Origin: Candidatus Accumulibacter conexus
GTDB lineage: Bacteria > Pseudomonadota > Gammaproteobacteria > Burkholderiales > Rhodocyclaceae
Direction: 5' to 3'
Assembly: GCA_017592775.1 (NCBI GenBank)
Contig: JAGFNJ010000005.1
Location: 62,246-126,245 of the forward strand
Length of the DNA: 64,000 nucleotides
Positions within the stretch are counted from its first letter, which is position 1; each line of letters begins with the position of its first letter. Below are positions 50,656 to 61,100 of this stretch, piece after piece. Made by a program: the position numbers and the translations under genes. Below the pieces are notes generated by a model. It ran no database searches. It had not been told where the DNA came from and saw nothing but the letters and a program-made list of their open reading frames with translations.

Positions 50656-53319
50656 ATGAACCTCCTCGACCAATCGGCCCGTGTTGCGCTGGCGGCCTTC
50701 CTCCACGACATTGGCAAGCTCGCCGAGCGCGCCGGCATCGAGCACGACGGCCGCCTCGACGCCCACCGGACGCTGTACTGCCCGTGGCACCAGGAGGGAA
50801 GCAACCCCCGCCATGGCTACCACAGCCATATCCATGCTGCCTACACCGCGCTCGCCTGGGACGAACTGGAAGCGACTGGACATTTTCCGGATCTGCGCCA
50901 CGACGCTCCACCGTTCGCGACTGCCGCCGACGACAACGCTACCGACTCGGCCGTGAATGCGGCCAGTGCGCACCACCGGCCGGACACCTTCCTGCAATGG
51001 ATCGTCGCCACGGCCGACCGCGTCGCCTCGGGCTTCGAACGTGACGAGTTCGACAGCCGGTACAACAACAGCAAGGAGCGCGAGAACCACTACCGCGCGC
51101 GTCTGCTGACGCTGTTCGAACAGATCGGTCGCGGCCCGATCAAGGAAGGCGAACTCCAGTGGCGCTACGCCCTGCAGCCCCTGGCACCGGCGAGCATCTT
51201 TCCGCAGCCGGTCAGCCTGTGCACGCCGCGCAATGACCCCGGCGCGCGCAGCGAGTACCTCGCTCTGTGGCAGACCCTGCTCACCGGCATCCGGCTCATC
51301 CCTCGGGCGCACGTTGGCTCGCTGCCGTTGTGGCTCGACCACTTCGACAGTCTGTGGCTGACGATGACGCACGCCATCCCTTCTGCGACGGCCTTCGGAG
51401 CCAAGCCCGAGGTATCGCTGTACGACCACAGCAAGGCGACGGCCGCGCTGGCGACGGCCCTGTGGCGCTGGCACCACGAGCAGCGGCTGACCACGGTCGA
51501 TGCCGTGCGCGGCGGCTGGTCCGACGACAAGTTCCTGCTGATCCAGGGTGACGTGTTCGGCATTCAGGACTTCATCTTCGCCGAAGGCGGCGCCACCCAG
51601 ACGAACGCCCACAAGCTGCTGCGGGGCCGCTCGTTCCAGGTCTCGCTGTTCGCCGAGTGCGCGGCACTCATGCTGCTCGACGCGCTCGAGCTACCGGCGA
51701 CGGCGCAGATCATCAACGCGGCAGGCAAGTTTCTCATCGTCGCGCCGAACACCGCCGACGCGCACGGCGCCCTCGAGCGCTGCCGCCGCGCACTCAACGA
51801 CTGGTGTCTGAGGCACACCTACGGCGAAGTCGGCGTCGGGCTGGCGAGTACGCCGGCTTCGTGCAACGACTTCGCCGCCGGCCGCTTCGGCAAGCTGACA
51901 CGGCGCCTGTTCGCGGCGCTCGACACCGCCAAGCACCAACGCTTCGATCTTTGCGCCGACGAGGCCACCACCGCTTTTGACGGTTTTCTCGACCAGTTCG
52001 ACACTGCCCTTGGTGTCTGCACGATCAACGGCCGCCATCCCGCTGATCGCGCGGCATCCGCCCGGCGCGGCTACCCGCTGTCGAAGCTCGCCGACGACCA
52101 GATCCGGATCGGCGAGCAACTGACCCGGCACGCCCGCCTGCTGGTCGCACGCGAGGCCGGAACGCTACCGGTGCTCGGCCTCGACTACTTCGGCTACCGG
52201 CTCGCGATCGTCCCCGGCGACGAGGAGTCCGGCAGGTACGGCGAACTCGCTCGCTGCGGCAACCTGCTGCGCGCCTGGGATTTCGACGCCCCCGAGGCGG
52301 ACGGCACGATCTGGCGTGGTTATGCGCGACGCTTCGTCAACAGCTATGTGCCCCGCTTCGACGCCAGTGACTTGCCGACGCTGGACAAGTATGGCGCGTG
52401 GCAAAGCGAAGCCGAAGTGCTGGTGGCGGACCACCGCGAACAGAAAGCGTCAGGGGCGATCAAGACGCTCAACCTGATCGCCTGTGAAGATCGCCAGCAG
52501 GGCAGCCAGGGGCGCTGGCAAGGAGAGATTGCCCTGATGGTTCTCAAGGGCGACATCGACAACCTCGGCAGCCTGTTTCAACAGGGCCTGGAGAAACCGA
52601 CTTTTGCCAAGATGGCTTCACTGTCGCGCCAGGTCAACGGCTTCTTTGCCCTCTGGCTACCGTGGTTCTGTGAACACGGGCTCGACGAGCGGCAGGTCGC
52701 TCGCTACCGCAACACCTACACCGTCTTCGCCGGTGGCGACGATTTCTTCCTGATCGGTCCCTGGGAGTCGACACTCGCGCTGGCCACGACGTTGCGGGAG
52801 AAGTTCGCGGCCTATGTCGCCAATCCGGACCTCAGCTTCTCTGCCGGCCTGAGCATGGCGCACTCGAAGACGCCGGTACGCCAGCTCGCGCGCAGCGCCG
52901 AAGGGGCGCTCGCAGCCGCCAAGGAACACCCTGGCAAGGATGCCGTCACCCTCTGGCAGCGCACCGTCGGCTGGACCGACTGGCGCAGCCTCATGGGCCA
53001 GCGCCGACACGCGCTCGAGGCGCTGATGGAACGTGCCGGCAGCCACGGCGCGGCTTTCTCCAGTGGCCTGACCTACGCCCTGCTGCTCCTCTCGGATCGC
53101 GCCGGGAGCAAGCGTCCGGAAGATGCCATCTGGCGCTCGCAACTGCACTATCGGCTGGCACGCTTCTTCCGTGACCGCGTCAAGGGAGACGAGGCAGCCC
53201 GCACGCGTCGCGAAGAACTGCTCGTCGAAGCCATACGAGAAGTCGGCGGCGCGCTGAGCACCCACCGGGGCGCCTACCGCCTGCCACTGTCCGTCCTGCT
53301 CTACCGGCAGCGTCAGTAG
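50656..53319 (+). CDS. cas10: type III CRISPR-associated Cas10/Csm1
   Basis: 887 aa. N-terminal HD motif AAFLHDIGK (50704-50709). Palm/cyclase motif FAGGDDFFLIGPW (GGDD at 52732-52743). ATG at 50656 is preceded by GGGAGA. Confidence 0.9.
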   Translation: MNLLDQSARVALAAFLHDIGKLAERAGIEHDGRLDAHRTLYCPWHQEGSNPRHGYHSHIHAAYTALAWDELEATGHFPDLRHDAPPFATAADDNATDSAVNAASAHHRPDTFLQWIVATADRVASGFERDEFDSRYNNSKERENHYRARLLTLFEQIGRGPIKEGELQWRYALQPLAPASIFPQPVSLCTPRNDPGARSEYLALWQTLLTGIRLIPRAHVGSLPLWLDHFDSLWLTMTHAIPSATAFGAKPEVSLYDHSKATAALATALWRWHHEQRLTTVDAVRGGWSDDKFLLIQGDVFGIQDFIFAEGGATQTNAHKLLRGRSFQVSLFAECAALMLLDALELPATAQIINAAGKFLIVAPNTADAHGALERCRRALNDWCLRHTYGEVGVGLASTPASCNDFAAGRFGKLTRRLFAALDTAKHQRFDLCADEATTAFDGFLDQFDTALGVCTINGRHPADRAASARRGYPLSKLADDQIRIGEQLTRHARLLVAREAGTLPVLGLDYFGYRLAIVPGDEESGRYGELARCGNLLRAWDFDAPEADGTIWRGYARRFVNSYVPRFDASDLPTLDKYGAWQSEAEVLVADHREQKASGAIKTLNLIACEDRQQGSQGRWQGEIALMVLKGDIDNLGSLFQQGLEKPTFAKMASLSRQVNGFFALWLPWFCEHGLDERQVARYRNTYTVFAGGDDFFLIGPWESTLALATTLREKFAAYVANPDLSFSAGLSMAHSKTPVRQLARSAEGALAAAKEHPGKDAVTLWQRTVGWTDWRSLMGQRRHALEALMERAGSHGAAFSSGLTYALLLLSDRAGSKRPEDAIWRSQLHYRLARFFRDRVKGDEAARTRREELLVEAIREVGGALSTHRGAYRLPLSVLLYRQRQ

Positions 53320-53335
53320 GTACCGCCCAGGAATC

Positions 53336-53345
53336 GCAAGCTTGC
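53336..53345. promoter_or_regulatory. 10-bp palindrome GCAAGCTTGC (copy 2 of 3), candidate operator or internal regulatory site
   Basis: Lies in the 79-bp cas10-csm2 gap, 54 nt upstream of the csm2 ATG. Confidence 0.3.
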
Positions 53346-53398
53346 CGAACCAGAGAACGCCACCCACTTTCCGCATAATGCGCCAAGGAGATCAACTG

Positions 53399-53770
53399 AT
53401 GGACATCAACCTCGCCACCTTCCCGCCGGACGCCGAGCTGTTCAACATGGAGGCCGAAAAAGTCGCCAACCGCCTCAACCAAGCCCCCGGCACAGTCAAC
53501 AAGCCGACGCAGATCCGCCGCTTCTACGACGAACTGGTCGGCTGGCAGGAGCGCATCGACGGCGACGACGAAAGGTTCAGGCAATACGAAGCCTTCATTC
53601 GCATGCTCAACGCCAAGGTCGCCTACGCCAAGGGCCGCCGCCTGGTCGATGATGAATTCGTCGGCTGGTTCCGCCAGTGCATCAAGACCACCACCAACGC
53701 CAGGGCACTGGACCACTTCCGCCTGCACTTCGAAGCCGTCCTCGGCTTCCTCAAGGCGCTGCGCGCCTGA
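53399..53770 (+). CDS. csm2: type III-A small subunit Csm2 (Cas11)
   Basis: 123-aa helical protein placed between cas10 and csm3. The KPTQIRRFYDEL...AKVAYAKGR pattern is typical of Csm2. ATG at 53399 is preceded by AAGGAG. Confidence 0.75.
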   Translation: MDINLATFPPDAELFNMEAEKVANRLNQAPGTVNKPTQIRRFYDELVGWQERIDGDDERFRQYEAFIRMLNAKVAYAKGRRLVDDEFVGWFRQCIKTTTNARALDHFRLHFEAVLGFLKALRA

Positions 53771-53790
53771 CAACCCAGGGAGACAAGAGA

Positions 53791-54501
53791 ATGCAACTCA
53801 CGCAGATCAAACAACTGACGGCCATCCTCGTGCTGCGCACCGGCCTGCACATCGGTGCCGGCGATACCGAGATGCGTATCGGCGGTACCGACAATCCGGT
53901 CGTCAAGAACCCCCTGGATGGCCAGCCCTACATCCCCGGTTCATCGCTCAAGGGCAAGATCCGTTCGCTCCTCGAATGGCAGCTCGGTCTGGTCAGTGCC
54001 GCCAACGGCCACCCCTTCTCCTTCGAGCACCTCGCGAGGGATGACCGTCCCGAGGCACGCAACCTGCTGCGCCTGTTCGGCGGTGCGCCGGGCGCCAATG
54101 TCGACAAGCTCGTCAACGAAATCGGCCCGACACGCAGTGCATTCTGGGACTGCGCCCTGAACGCTGACTGGCTCGGCAGGGCACGCGCGCGCAACCTGTT
54201 GACCATCGAGGCGAAAAGCGAGAACTCGATCAACCGCATCGCCGGGGTCGCCGAAAACCCCCGCTTCACCGAGCGCGTCATCGCCGGTGCCGAATTCGAC
54301 TTCCGGCTTTCGCTGAAGGTGATCGACGGTGAAGACCTCCTCCCGCTGCTGCTGCGTGGCCTCAAGCTACTCGAAATGGACAGTCTCGGCGGCTCGGGGT
54401 CGCGCGGCTACGGCAAGATCGCGCTGTCCGGGCTGGCACTCGACGGTCGGTCGATTCAGGCCGACTTCGACGCCATCGAGCCCTTCCCGGCCGGCACCTG
54501 A
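53791..54501 (+). CDS. csm3: type III-A RAMP protein Csm3 (Cas7)
   Basis: LRTGLHIGAGDTEMRIGGTDNPVVKNP...PYIPGSSLKGKIRSLLE and a C-terminal GGSGSRGYGKI glycine loop. Confidence 0.9.
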   Translation: MQLTQIKQLTAILVLRTGLHIGAGDTEMRIGGTDNPVVKNPLDGQPYIPGSSLKGKIRSLLEWQLGLVSAANGHPFSFEHLARDDRPEARNLLRLFGGAPGANVDKLVNEIGPTRSAFWDCALNADWLGRARARNLLTIEAKSENSINRIAGVAENPRFTERVIAGAEFDFRLSLKVIDGEDLLPLLLRGLKLLEMDSLGGSGSRGYGKIALSGLALDGRSIQADFDAIEPFPAGT

Positions 54502-54504
54502 ACC

Positions 54505-55458
54505 ATGCCGCACTCCCTCCATCGCGCCACACTGGCGCTCCACAGCCCGCTTGGCACTCCGCTCGCCGGCGACACGGTCTTCGGCCAGATGTGCTGGACG
54601 CTGCGCGAGGCAGCCAGCGAAACCGAACTCGCCCGCCGCCTCGAAGGCTACGCGGAGGGCCACCCCTGGCTAGTCGTTTCGGACGGCTTCCCCAGCGGCT
54701 TCCTGCCCAGACCTTCGCTGCCGCAGCACCTCGTCACCCCGAACCACGATCCGACTCAGCGCAAGGCCGACAAGCGCCGCCGCTGGCTGCACGCCGACGG
54801 CACTGGCGATGCTCTGGCGGCGCAGCTCGCCCGCGCAGTCGATGATGCGCAGGCCTACGGGCAGGCGCCAAGGCACGAAACGCAGGCACACAACACGCTC
54901 AATCGGCTCACCGGTACCACTGGCGAAGGGGCCTTCGCTCCCTATGCGGTCGCGCACTCACGCTACGCGGCAGGGCAGCGCATCGACCTCTACCTCGCGC
55001 TCGACGATGAGCGCTTGCCAGCAGCGGAAGCGGCCCGCCTGCTGGCAGCACTCGGCAGCGCGGGCTTCGGCCGCGATGCCAGCATCGGCCTCGGCAAGTT
55101 TTCGGTCGAAGGTATCGAAGCCGCTTCCTTCGCCGAACCGACCCGGGCAGGCGCCTACTGGACCCTCGGTCCATGCGCACCGCAGGGACAGGGTTTCGTC
55201 GGCAGCAAGAGTTACTGGCGCGTGTTCACCCGCTTCGGACGCCACGGCAATGCGCTCGCGCTCAGCGGCAGCCCGTTCAAGACGCCTCTGCTGCTGGCTG
55301 CGACCGGCGCGCTCCTGGTACCGGCTGGCGAGTTCGAGCGGCGTGCCTTCGTCGGGCAGGGTCTCGGCGGCAACGGCCGTCTGTCGAAGACCCAACCCGC
55401 CACGGTACACCAGGGCTATGCCCCGGTTGCAACCATCGACCTGGAGAACGCGAAGTGA
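54505..55458 (+). CDS. csm4: type III-A RAMP protein Csm4 (Cas5)
   Basis: 317-aa ORF immediately after csm3. N-terminal LHSPLGTPLAGDTVFGQMCW and a C-terminal glycine-rich GFGRDASIGLGKF loop. Confidence 0.8.
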   Translation: MPHSLHRATLALHSPLGTPLAGDTVFGQMCWTLREAASETELARRLEGYAEGHPWLVVSDGFPSGFLPRPSLPQHLVTPNHDPTQRKADKRRRWLHADGTGDALAAQLARAVDDAQAYGQAPRHETQAHNTLNRLTGTTGEGAFAPYAVAHSRYAAGQRIDLYLALDDERLPAAEAARLLAALGSAGFGRDASIGLGKFSVEGIEAASFAEPTRAGAYWTLGPCAPQGQGFVGSKSYWRVFTRFGRHGNALALSGSPFKTPLLLAATGALLVPAGEFERRAFVGQGLGGNGRLSKTQPATVHQGYAPVATIDLENAK

Positions 55459-57095
55459 GCGCCCACCCGCACACCACCTCCCGACCGCTGGCCATCTCGA
55501 CGCTGTCACCGGTCCACATCGGCTGTGGCGAGGTCTACGAGCCCAGCAACTTCGTCATCCACGACGGGCTGCTGCACGCCCTTGATCCATCAGACCTGGC
55601 AGCCGCACTGAGCGACAGCGAACGCAAGCGACTGGCGGCACTGGCCGAAGAGCGTGAGCCGATCGGTGCCATGCAGCGCTTTTTCCGCGATGCAGCGGCG
55701 CGCCTGGCAGAGCTGGCGCGGCACCAAGTCGCCATCGTCCCGTCTCTGGAACAGGAGTACCGCGACAAGGCGGGGCGACCGACGCAGCGGGCCCGCGACG
55801 GCGAAGCAACCTACAACCTGTTCCCGATCGCACGAACCGCCTTCCGGCCGCTCGACGACAGTCCCTACCTGCCGGGGAGCTCGCTCAAGGGCAGCATCCG
55901 CACGGCGTACCTCAACCATATCAATTCGGGCCGCAAGCTGACCGCCGCGGAGCAGGCGGAAAGGCGACCGGCCGGCCGCAGCGTCGAGCAGCGGCTCCTG
56001 GGTTACAACCGGAACCAGTTCGAGAAGGACCCGTTCCGCCTGCTTGCACTCGCCGACGCTCACCCCGAGGAAGGCTGCACGCCGCCACCGACGCGCGTCC
56101 TCTACTGCATCAGCAAGAAGAAGCGCCAGCCACGCGAAGGCGAGCGGCCGTCTCCCGAGCTGCAGGTGTTTCTCGAGACCATTCCCGATGCGCTCCCTGC
56201 GGCGTTTTGCAGCGAAGTGCGCTTCGGGCCGCGTGCCGCGATCCTGTGGAACGAGTTGTGTGACGCCTGCAACGGCTTCTACCGACCCCAGCTCGAAGCC
56301 GAACTGTGCCACCCGCTTCTCGGCCCGCAACTCGACAGTGAGTGGCGGCAGCTGATGCAGGAGCTTCTTGATGCGGAGCTGGCCGAGCTGATCGCGGCGC
56401 GGCAGGGCCTCCTGCTGCGTGTCGGCCGCCACTCCGGCGCCGAGTCGGTCACCCTGGACGGCGTGCGCTCGATCAAGATCCTCGGTGCCCGCGTCAATGG
56501 CAAGCAGACCTTCGACTTCCGCGCCCTGCCGACCGAAAAGCGCTACGCCCGGCCCAACAAGGCTACCGACAGCAAACTCCTGCCTTTCGGCTGGATTTGG
56601 GTTGATGGCAGCGACGATCGACACCGCCATCTTTCCGATGCCCTGCGCCAGAAGCTCGCGCTGCGCAGCCGTCCACTTTGCGAAGCGCATCGGGATCGCC
56701 TGTCGCGCCTCGAGGCAAGGCAGGCCGAGCTGGCCTTGGCCAAAGCCGTTGCCCTCGAACGCCAACGAACCGAAGCTGCCGCGGTACGCGCCGAAGCAGA
56801 AACGAGGCAACAGAGAGAACTCGAACTGGCACGCATGAGTGCGAACGGCCGTCGTGTGCAGCAGTTTCTCACTGACTTCGCCGCCCGTGCCGAGCAACTG
56901 CGGGGCAACAAGGAGAACCCCAACGGCACGTTCCACGGCATGGCCAGAGCGCTGGCGCGCGACGCCGCCGAGTGGCCACACGAAGAGCGCCTCGCGGCTG
57001 CCGATGCCATCGAGCAATGGCTACCGAAAGTCGTCCGGGTCGACCTCAAGGAAGAGCGCAAGAAGCTCAGGCTTGCCGCACTGCGTACTGCATGA
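55455..57095 (+). CDS. csm5: type III-A RAMP protein Csm5 with ~160-aa C-terminal coiled-coil-like extension
   Basis: The GTG start overlaps the csm4 stop (GTGA). N-terminus LAISTLSPVHIGCGEVY, YLPGSSLKGSIRTAYL, and the terminal RAMP motif LLPFGWIWV at 56589-56603. An Ala/Glu/Arg-rich tail then runs to 57095. Confidence 0.75.
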   Translation: MSAHPHTTSRPLAISTLSPVHIGCGEVYEPSNFVIHDGLLHALDPSDLAAALSDSERKRLAALAEEREPIGAMQRFFRDAAARLAELARHQVAIVPSLEQEYRDKAGRPTQRARDGEATYNLFPIARTAFRPLDDSPYLPGSSLKGSIRTAYLNHINSGRKLTAAEQAERRPAGRSVEQRLLGYNRNQFEKDPFRLLALADAHPEEGCTPPPTRVLYCISKKKRQPREGERPSPELQVFLETIPDALPAAFCSEVRFGPRAAILWNELCDACNGFYRPQLEAELCHPLLGPQLDSEWRQLMQELLDAELAELIAARQGLLLRVGRHSGAESVTLDGVRSIKILGARVNGKQTFDFRALPTEKRYARPNKATDSKLLPFGWIWVDGSDDRHRHLSDALRQKLALRSRPLCEAHRDRLSRLEARQAELALAKAVALERQRTEAAAVRAEAETRQQRELELARMSANGRRVQQFLTDFAARAEQLRGNKENPNGTFHGMARALARDAAEWPHEERLAAADAIEQWLPKVVRVDLKEERKKLRLAALRTA

Positions 57096-58114
57096 ACGCC
57101 CGGACCACCTTCCCCGTCGCCCGCTACCGCCTCGAGTTCCGAGCCACGCGGCCGATTCGCCTGCCCGACTACGCAGGGTCGATGCTGCGCGGCGCCTTCG
57201 GCCACGCACTGCGGCAGCTCGCCTGCATGACGCGCCAAAAGGAGTGCACCGGCTGCCCGCTGGCCGGAACATGTCCTTATCCCGCGATTTTCGCGCCCGT
57301 GCCGCCGGCGACGCATGCCCTGCAGAACTTCAGCCGGATTCCCGTGCCGCAGGTCATCGAGCCTCCCGCATGGGGCGCCAAGGTGCTGACTGCGGGCGAG
57401 ACGCTCACTTTCCACCATGTGCTGATCGGCCGCTCGCGTCAGGAGCTGCCGCTGATCGTCCTGGCCTGGCGTCGCGCGCTCGCCCGTGGCGTCGGGGCCG
57501 GCGACGGCACCGCCGAACTGCTTGGCGTCGTCCACTGCGGTGAGAACGACGAGACTGAAATCCATCGTCCCGAGGTGGGAACCATCTGCGACCACGTGCA
57601 GGAGATCCCCTTACGGGCACCATCTGACGCCCGACTGACCGACACCACGCTCAACTTCGTCACGCCCCTGCGCCTGCAATACAACGGCCAGGCCCTGCCG
57701 CCCGCGAAACTGCAGCCACGGACTCTGTTGCTGGCGCTTGCCCGACGGGCAAACCTGCTCGCCGAGTTCCACGCGGATGGTCCGCTGATCCACGACTTCG
57801 CTGCACTGAGCGACGCCGCCGCGCGGGTCGGCGACGAGCGCAACGTCTGCTGGCGTGACTGGAAACGCTACTCGTCACGACAGCAGCGCGCAATGTGCTT
57901 GGGCGGAGTTGTCGGCACCTGGCGACTGCAGGGCCCGCTCGCTCCCTTCGCCGCTCTGCTCCGCCTGGGCCAATGGCTGCACGTGGGCAAGGAGACCACG
58001 TTCGGCCTCGGTCAATACACCCTCGCCGGATGCGCGCCCGGCGACATCTCCGCCGATGCCGAAAGACATTGTGAACGCCACGCGCAACTCCTTGAAAGAA
58101 ATGCAGTAAACTGA
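57092..58114 (+). CDS. cas6: CRISPR pre-crRNA endoribonuclease Cas6
   Basis: The ATG overlaps the csm5 stop (ATGA). N-terminus YRLEFRATRPIRLPDYAGSMLRGAFGHAL with a Cys cluster CTGCPLAGTCPY. C-terminal glycine loop VGKETTFGLGQY. Confidence 0.85.
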   Translation: MNARTTFPVARYRLEFRATRPIRLPDYAGSMLRGAFGHALRQLACMTRQKECTGCPLAGTCPYPAIFAPVPPATHALQNFSRIPVPQVIEPPAWGAKVLTAGETLTFHHVLIGRSRQELPLIVLAWRRALARGVGAGDGTAELLGVVHCGENDETEIHRPEVGTICDHVQEIPLRAPSDARLTDTTLNFVTPLRLQYNGQALPPAKLQPRTLLLALARRANLLAEFHADGPLIHDFAALSDAAARVGDERNVCWRDWKRYSSRQQRAMCLGGVVGTWRLQGPLAPFAALLRLGQWLHVGKETTFGLGQYTLAGCAPGDISADAERHCERHAQLLERNAVN

Positions 58115-58122
58115 CAGGTGCG

Positions 58123-61100
58123 GTCAGTATGCAGCCCTGAAAACAAAGGGATTGAGACGTGAGAATATAAGTTGTGCATCCTGCCTCAGTCAGTATGCAG
58201 CCCTGAAAACAAAGGGATTGAGACTGAGATACTGCAACCGACGCAAGGCAAAGAGTGCGTCAGTATGCAGCCCTGAAAACAAAGGGATTGAGACCGAGCG
58301 AACGCGGCTTTATTGCCTGCACTCGTGAGTCAGTATGCAGCCCTGAAAACAAAGGGATTGAGACTTGTTAGCCCGCGGGGTTTGCATAGTCTAGCGTAGG
58401 GTTGTCAGTATGCAGCCCTGAAAACAAAGGGATTGAGACATCTGCTCCTGCGTCCGGGCCGGGCGAGCGGTTTTGTCAGTATGCAGCCCTGAAAACAAAG
58501 GGATTGAGACAGGAGTTTCGTCCCCTCGTACTCGTCGACGGAGTGTCAGTATGCAGCCCTGAAAACAAAGGGATTGAGACCGGCCTTCGCGGGCCATGGC
58601 GATGATTTGTAGTTGGTCAGTATGCAGCCCTGAAAACAAAGGGATTGAGACTCCGGGCTCCAGGCTCGCGTCTTGCTTCGTCATCGTCAGTATGCAGCCC
58701 TGAAAACAAAGGGATTGAGACGTGGCCTGCTACGGCGGCTTTGGGCTGCCGGACTGTCAGTATGCAGCCCTGAAAACAAAGGGATTGAGACTTAAGCATC
58801 GTCGTCTCCTTGCGTTTCGATCCGGGTCAGTATGCAGCCCTGAAAACAAAGGGATTGAGACATGCCAAAGCATGCCTGTTGGGTAGCGTCGCGTCAGTAT
58901 GCAGCCCTGAAAACAAAGGGATTGAGACTCGCCGCCTACGCCGAATCCCTCCCCAAGCTCGGTCAGTATGCAGCCCTGAAAACAAAGGGATTGAGACCGC
59001 CAAGAAGCTCCGGGCAGTCTGGCGAGACGTGTCAGTATGCAGCCCTGAAAACAAAGGGATTGAGACTCAGCGTCGATCCATTCGATTCCCTTCTCCGAGG
59101 TCAGTATGCAGCCCTGAAAACAAAGGGATTGAGACCCGCCTCTTCCGCGACCTCCAGGTGATGGAATGTCAGTATGCAGCCCTGAAAACAAAGGGATTGA
59201 GACAGCTCCGGGCAGTCTGGCGAGACGTAGGCCGCCGTCAGTATGCAGCCCTGAAAACAAAGGGATTGAGACCAGCGCTCTTGTCCCGACCAAAAAAGAA
59301 ATGCCCGTCAGTATGCAGCCCTGAAAACAAAGGGATTGAGACGACCCAGACGGTTGAGCTTTTGTCTCTGGGTAACGTCAGTATGCAGCCCTGAAAACAA
59401 AGGGATTGAGACGGATTCTCGCTTGCTCTTTCTTTTCTTCTTCTAGAGTCAGTATGCAGCCCTGAAAACAAAGGGATTGAGACCAACTGCCGCTTGACGA
59501 AAGCGGCCTCGGCGCAACGTCAGTATGCAGCCCTGAAAACAAAGGGATTGAGACATTCGGTACTTTATGTACTCGCGCGACCAGTCTGGTCAGTATGCAG
59601 CCCTGAAAACAAAGGGATTGAGACGACGGACGGTTTTCGTGGTATTCGTGGTCATTACATTGTCAGTATGCAGCCCTGAAAACAAAGGGATTGAGACGAT
59701 ACTTCCGGTCGTAGAGCTTTGGAACGTCGGGTCAGTATGCAGCCCTGAAAACAAAGGGATTGAGACAGGGATCTTTGTGTCCATCTACCCGAAAGAGGAA
59801 CTGTCAGTATGCAGCCTTGAAAACAAAGGGATTGAGACCGCCCAGAACAACGCAACCAGCGCACCCGTCAGTCAGTATGCAGCCCTGAAAACAAAGGGAT
59901 TGAGACCGGCAGAACCCCGCCGCTCGCCGATGATAAAATGGTCAGTATGCAGCCCTGAAAACAAAGGGATTGAGACGTTTGCTCGACTAACGTTTACAAC
60001 GTTTCTGTTGTCAGTATGCAGCCCTGAAAACAAAGGGATTGAGACTTTCGGCGGACGAACGGTACGAGTAGTACTCATTGTCAGTATGCAGCCCTGAAAA
60101 CAAAGGGATTGAGACGACGCACTGTCCTGCGATGCAGAGCAATAAGCCGTCAGTATGCAGCCCTGAAAACAAAGGGATTGAGACGCAGACTCTGCCGCCG
60201 TCCTGATCTTGTGCTTCGTCAGTATGCAGCCCTGAAAACAAAGGGATTGAGACTCGACTTGCGCTTCTCACTGAGCGGGGCGGTCATGTCAGTATGCAGC
60301 CCTGAAAACAAAGGGATTGAGACGGGCTGAACGGGGCGGTGGTGAGGTGGGCGATGCCGTCAGTATGCAGCCCTGAAAACAAAGGGATTGAGACTGCGCC
60401 CGTTCTGATCAGTGATTGTCATGGCGTGTCAGTATGCAGCCCTGAAAACAAAGGGATTGAGACTTGTACGCAGCGTTCGATGGAGTGCGCTTCCATCGTC
60501 AGTATGCAGCCCTGAAAACAAAGGGATTGAGACGTACGAAATCGTACGGCATTTTCGACGATAGACGGGTCAGTATGCAGCCCTGAAAACAAAGGGATTG
60601 AGACTGGTTTAGCGGGTCTGATAATGCTACCCGCAAGGTCAGTATGCAGCCCTGAAAACAAAGGGATTGAGACTGTTTCTGGAGTGCATCGCCGCTACCT
60701 GCCATTGGTCAGTATGCAGCCCTGAAAACAAAGGGATTGAGACCGAAGTGGTCGCGCTTGTAGCTGATCGCCTCGTAGGTCAGTATGCAGCCCTGAAAAC
60801 AAAGGGATTGAGACTATATGCCCGATTATTTATGGATAAAACATAAGGGGTCAGTATGCAGCCCTGAAAACAAAGGGATTGAGACCGAGTCGTACGGTAC
60901 CGGACGGCATGCTCAACGATGTCAGTATGCAGCCCTGAAAACAAAGGGATTGAGACTAGCCACTAGGCAGCGCATCGCAGAGGTAAGGAAGTCAGTATGC
61001 AGCCCTGAAAACAAAGGGATTGAGACGTGCAGATCTTCGACAGCGTCGAAAACGGAACGCCGTCAGTATGCAGCCCTGAAAACAAAGGGATTGAGACGGC

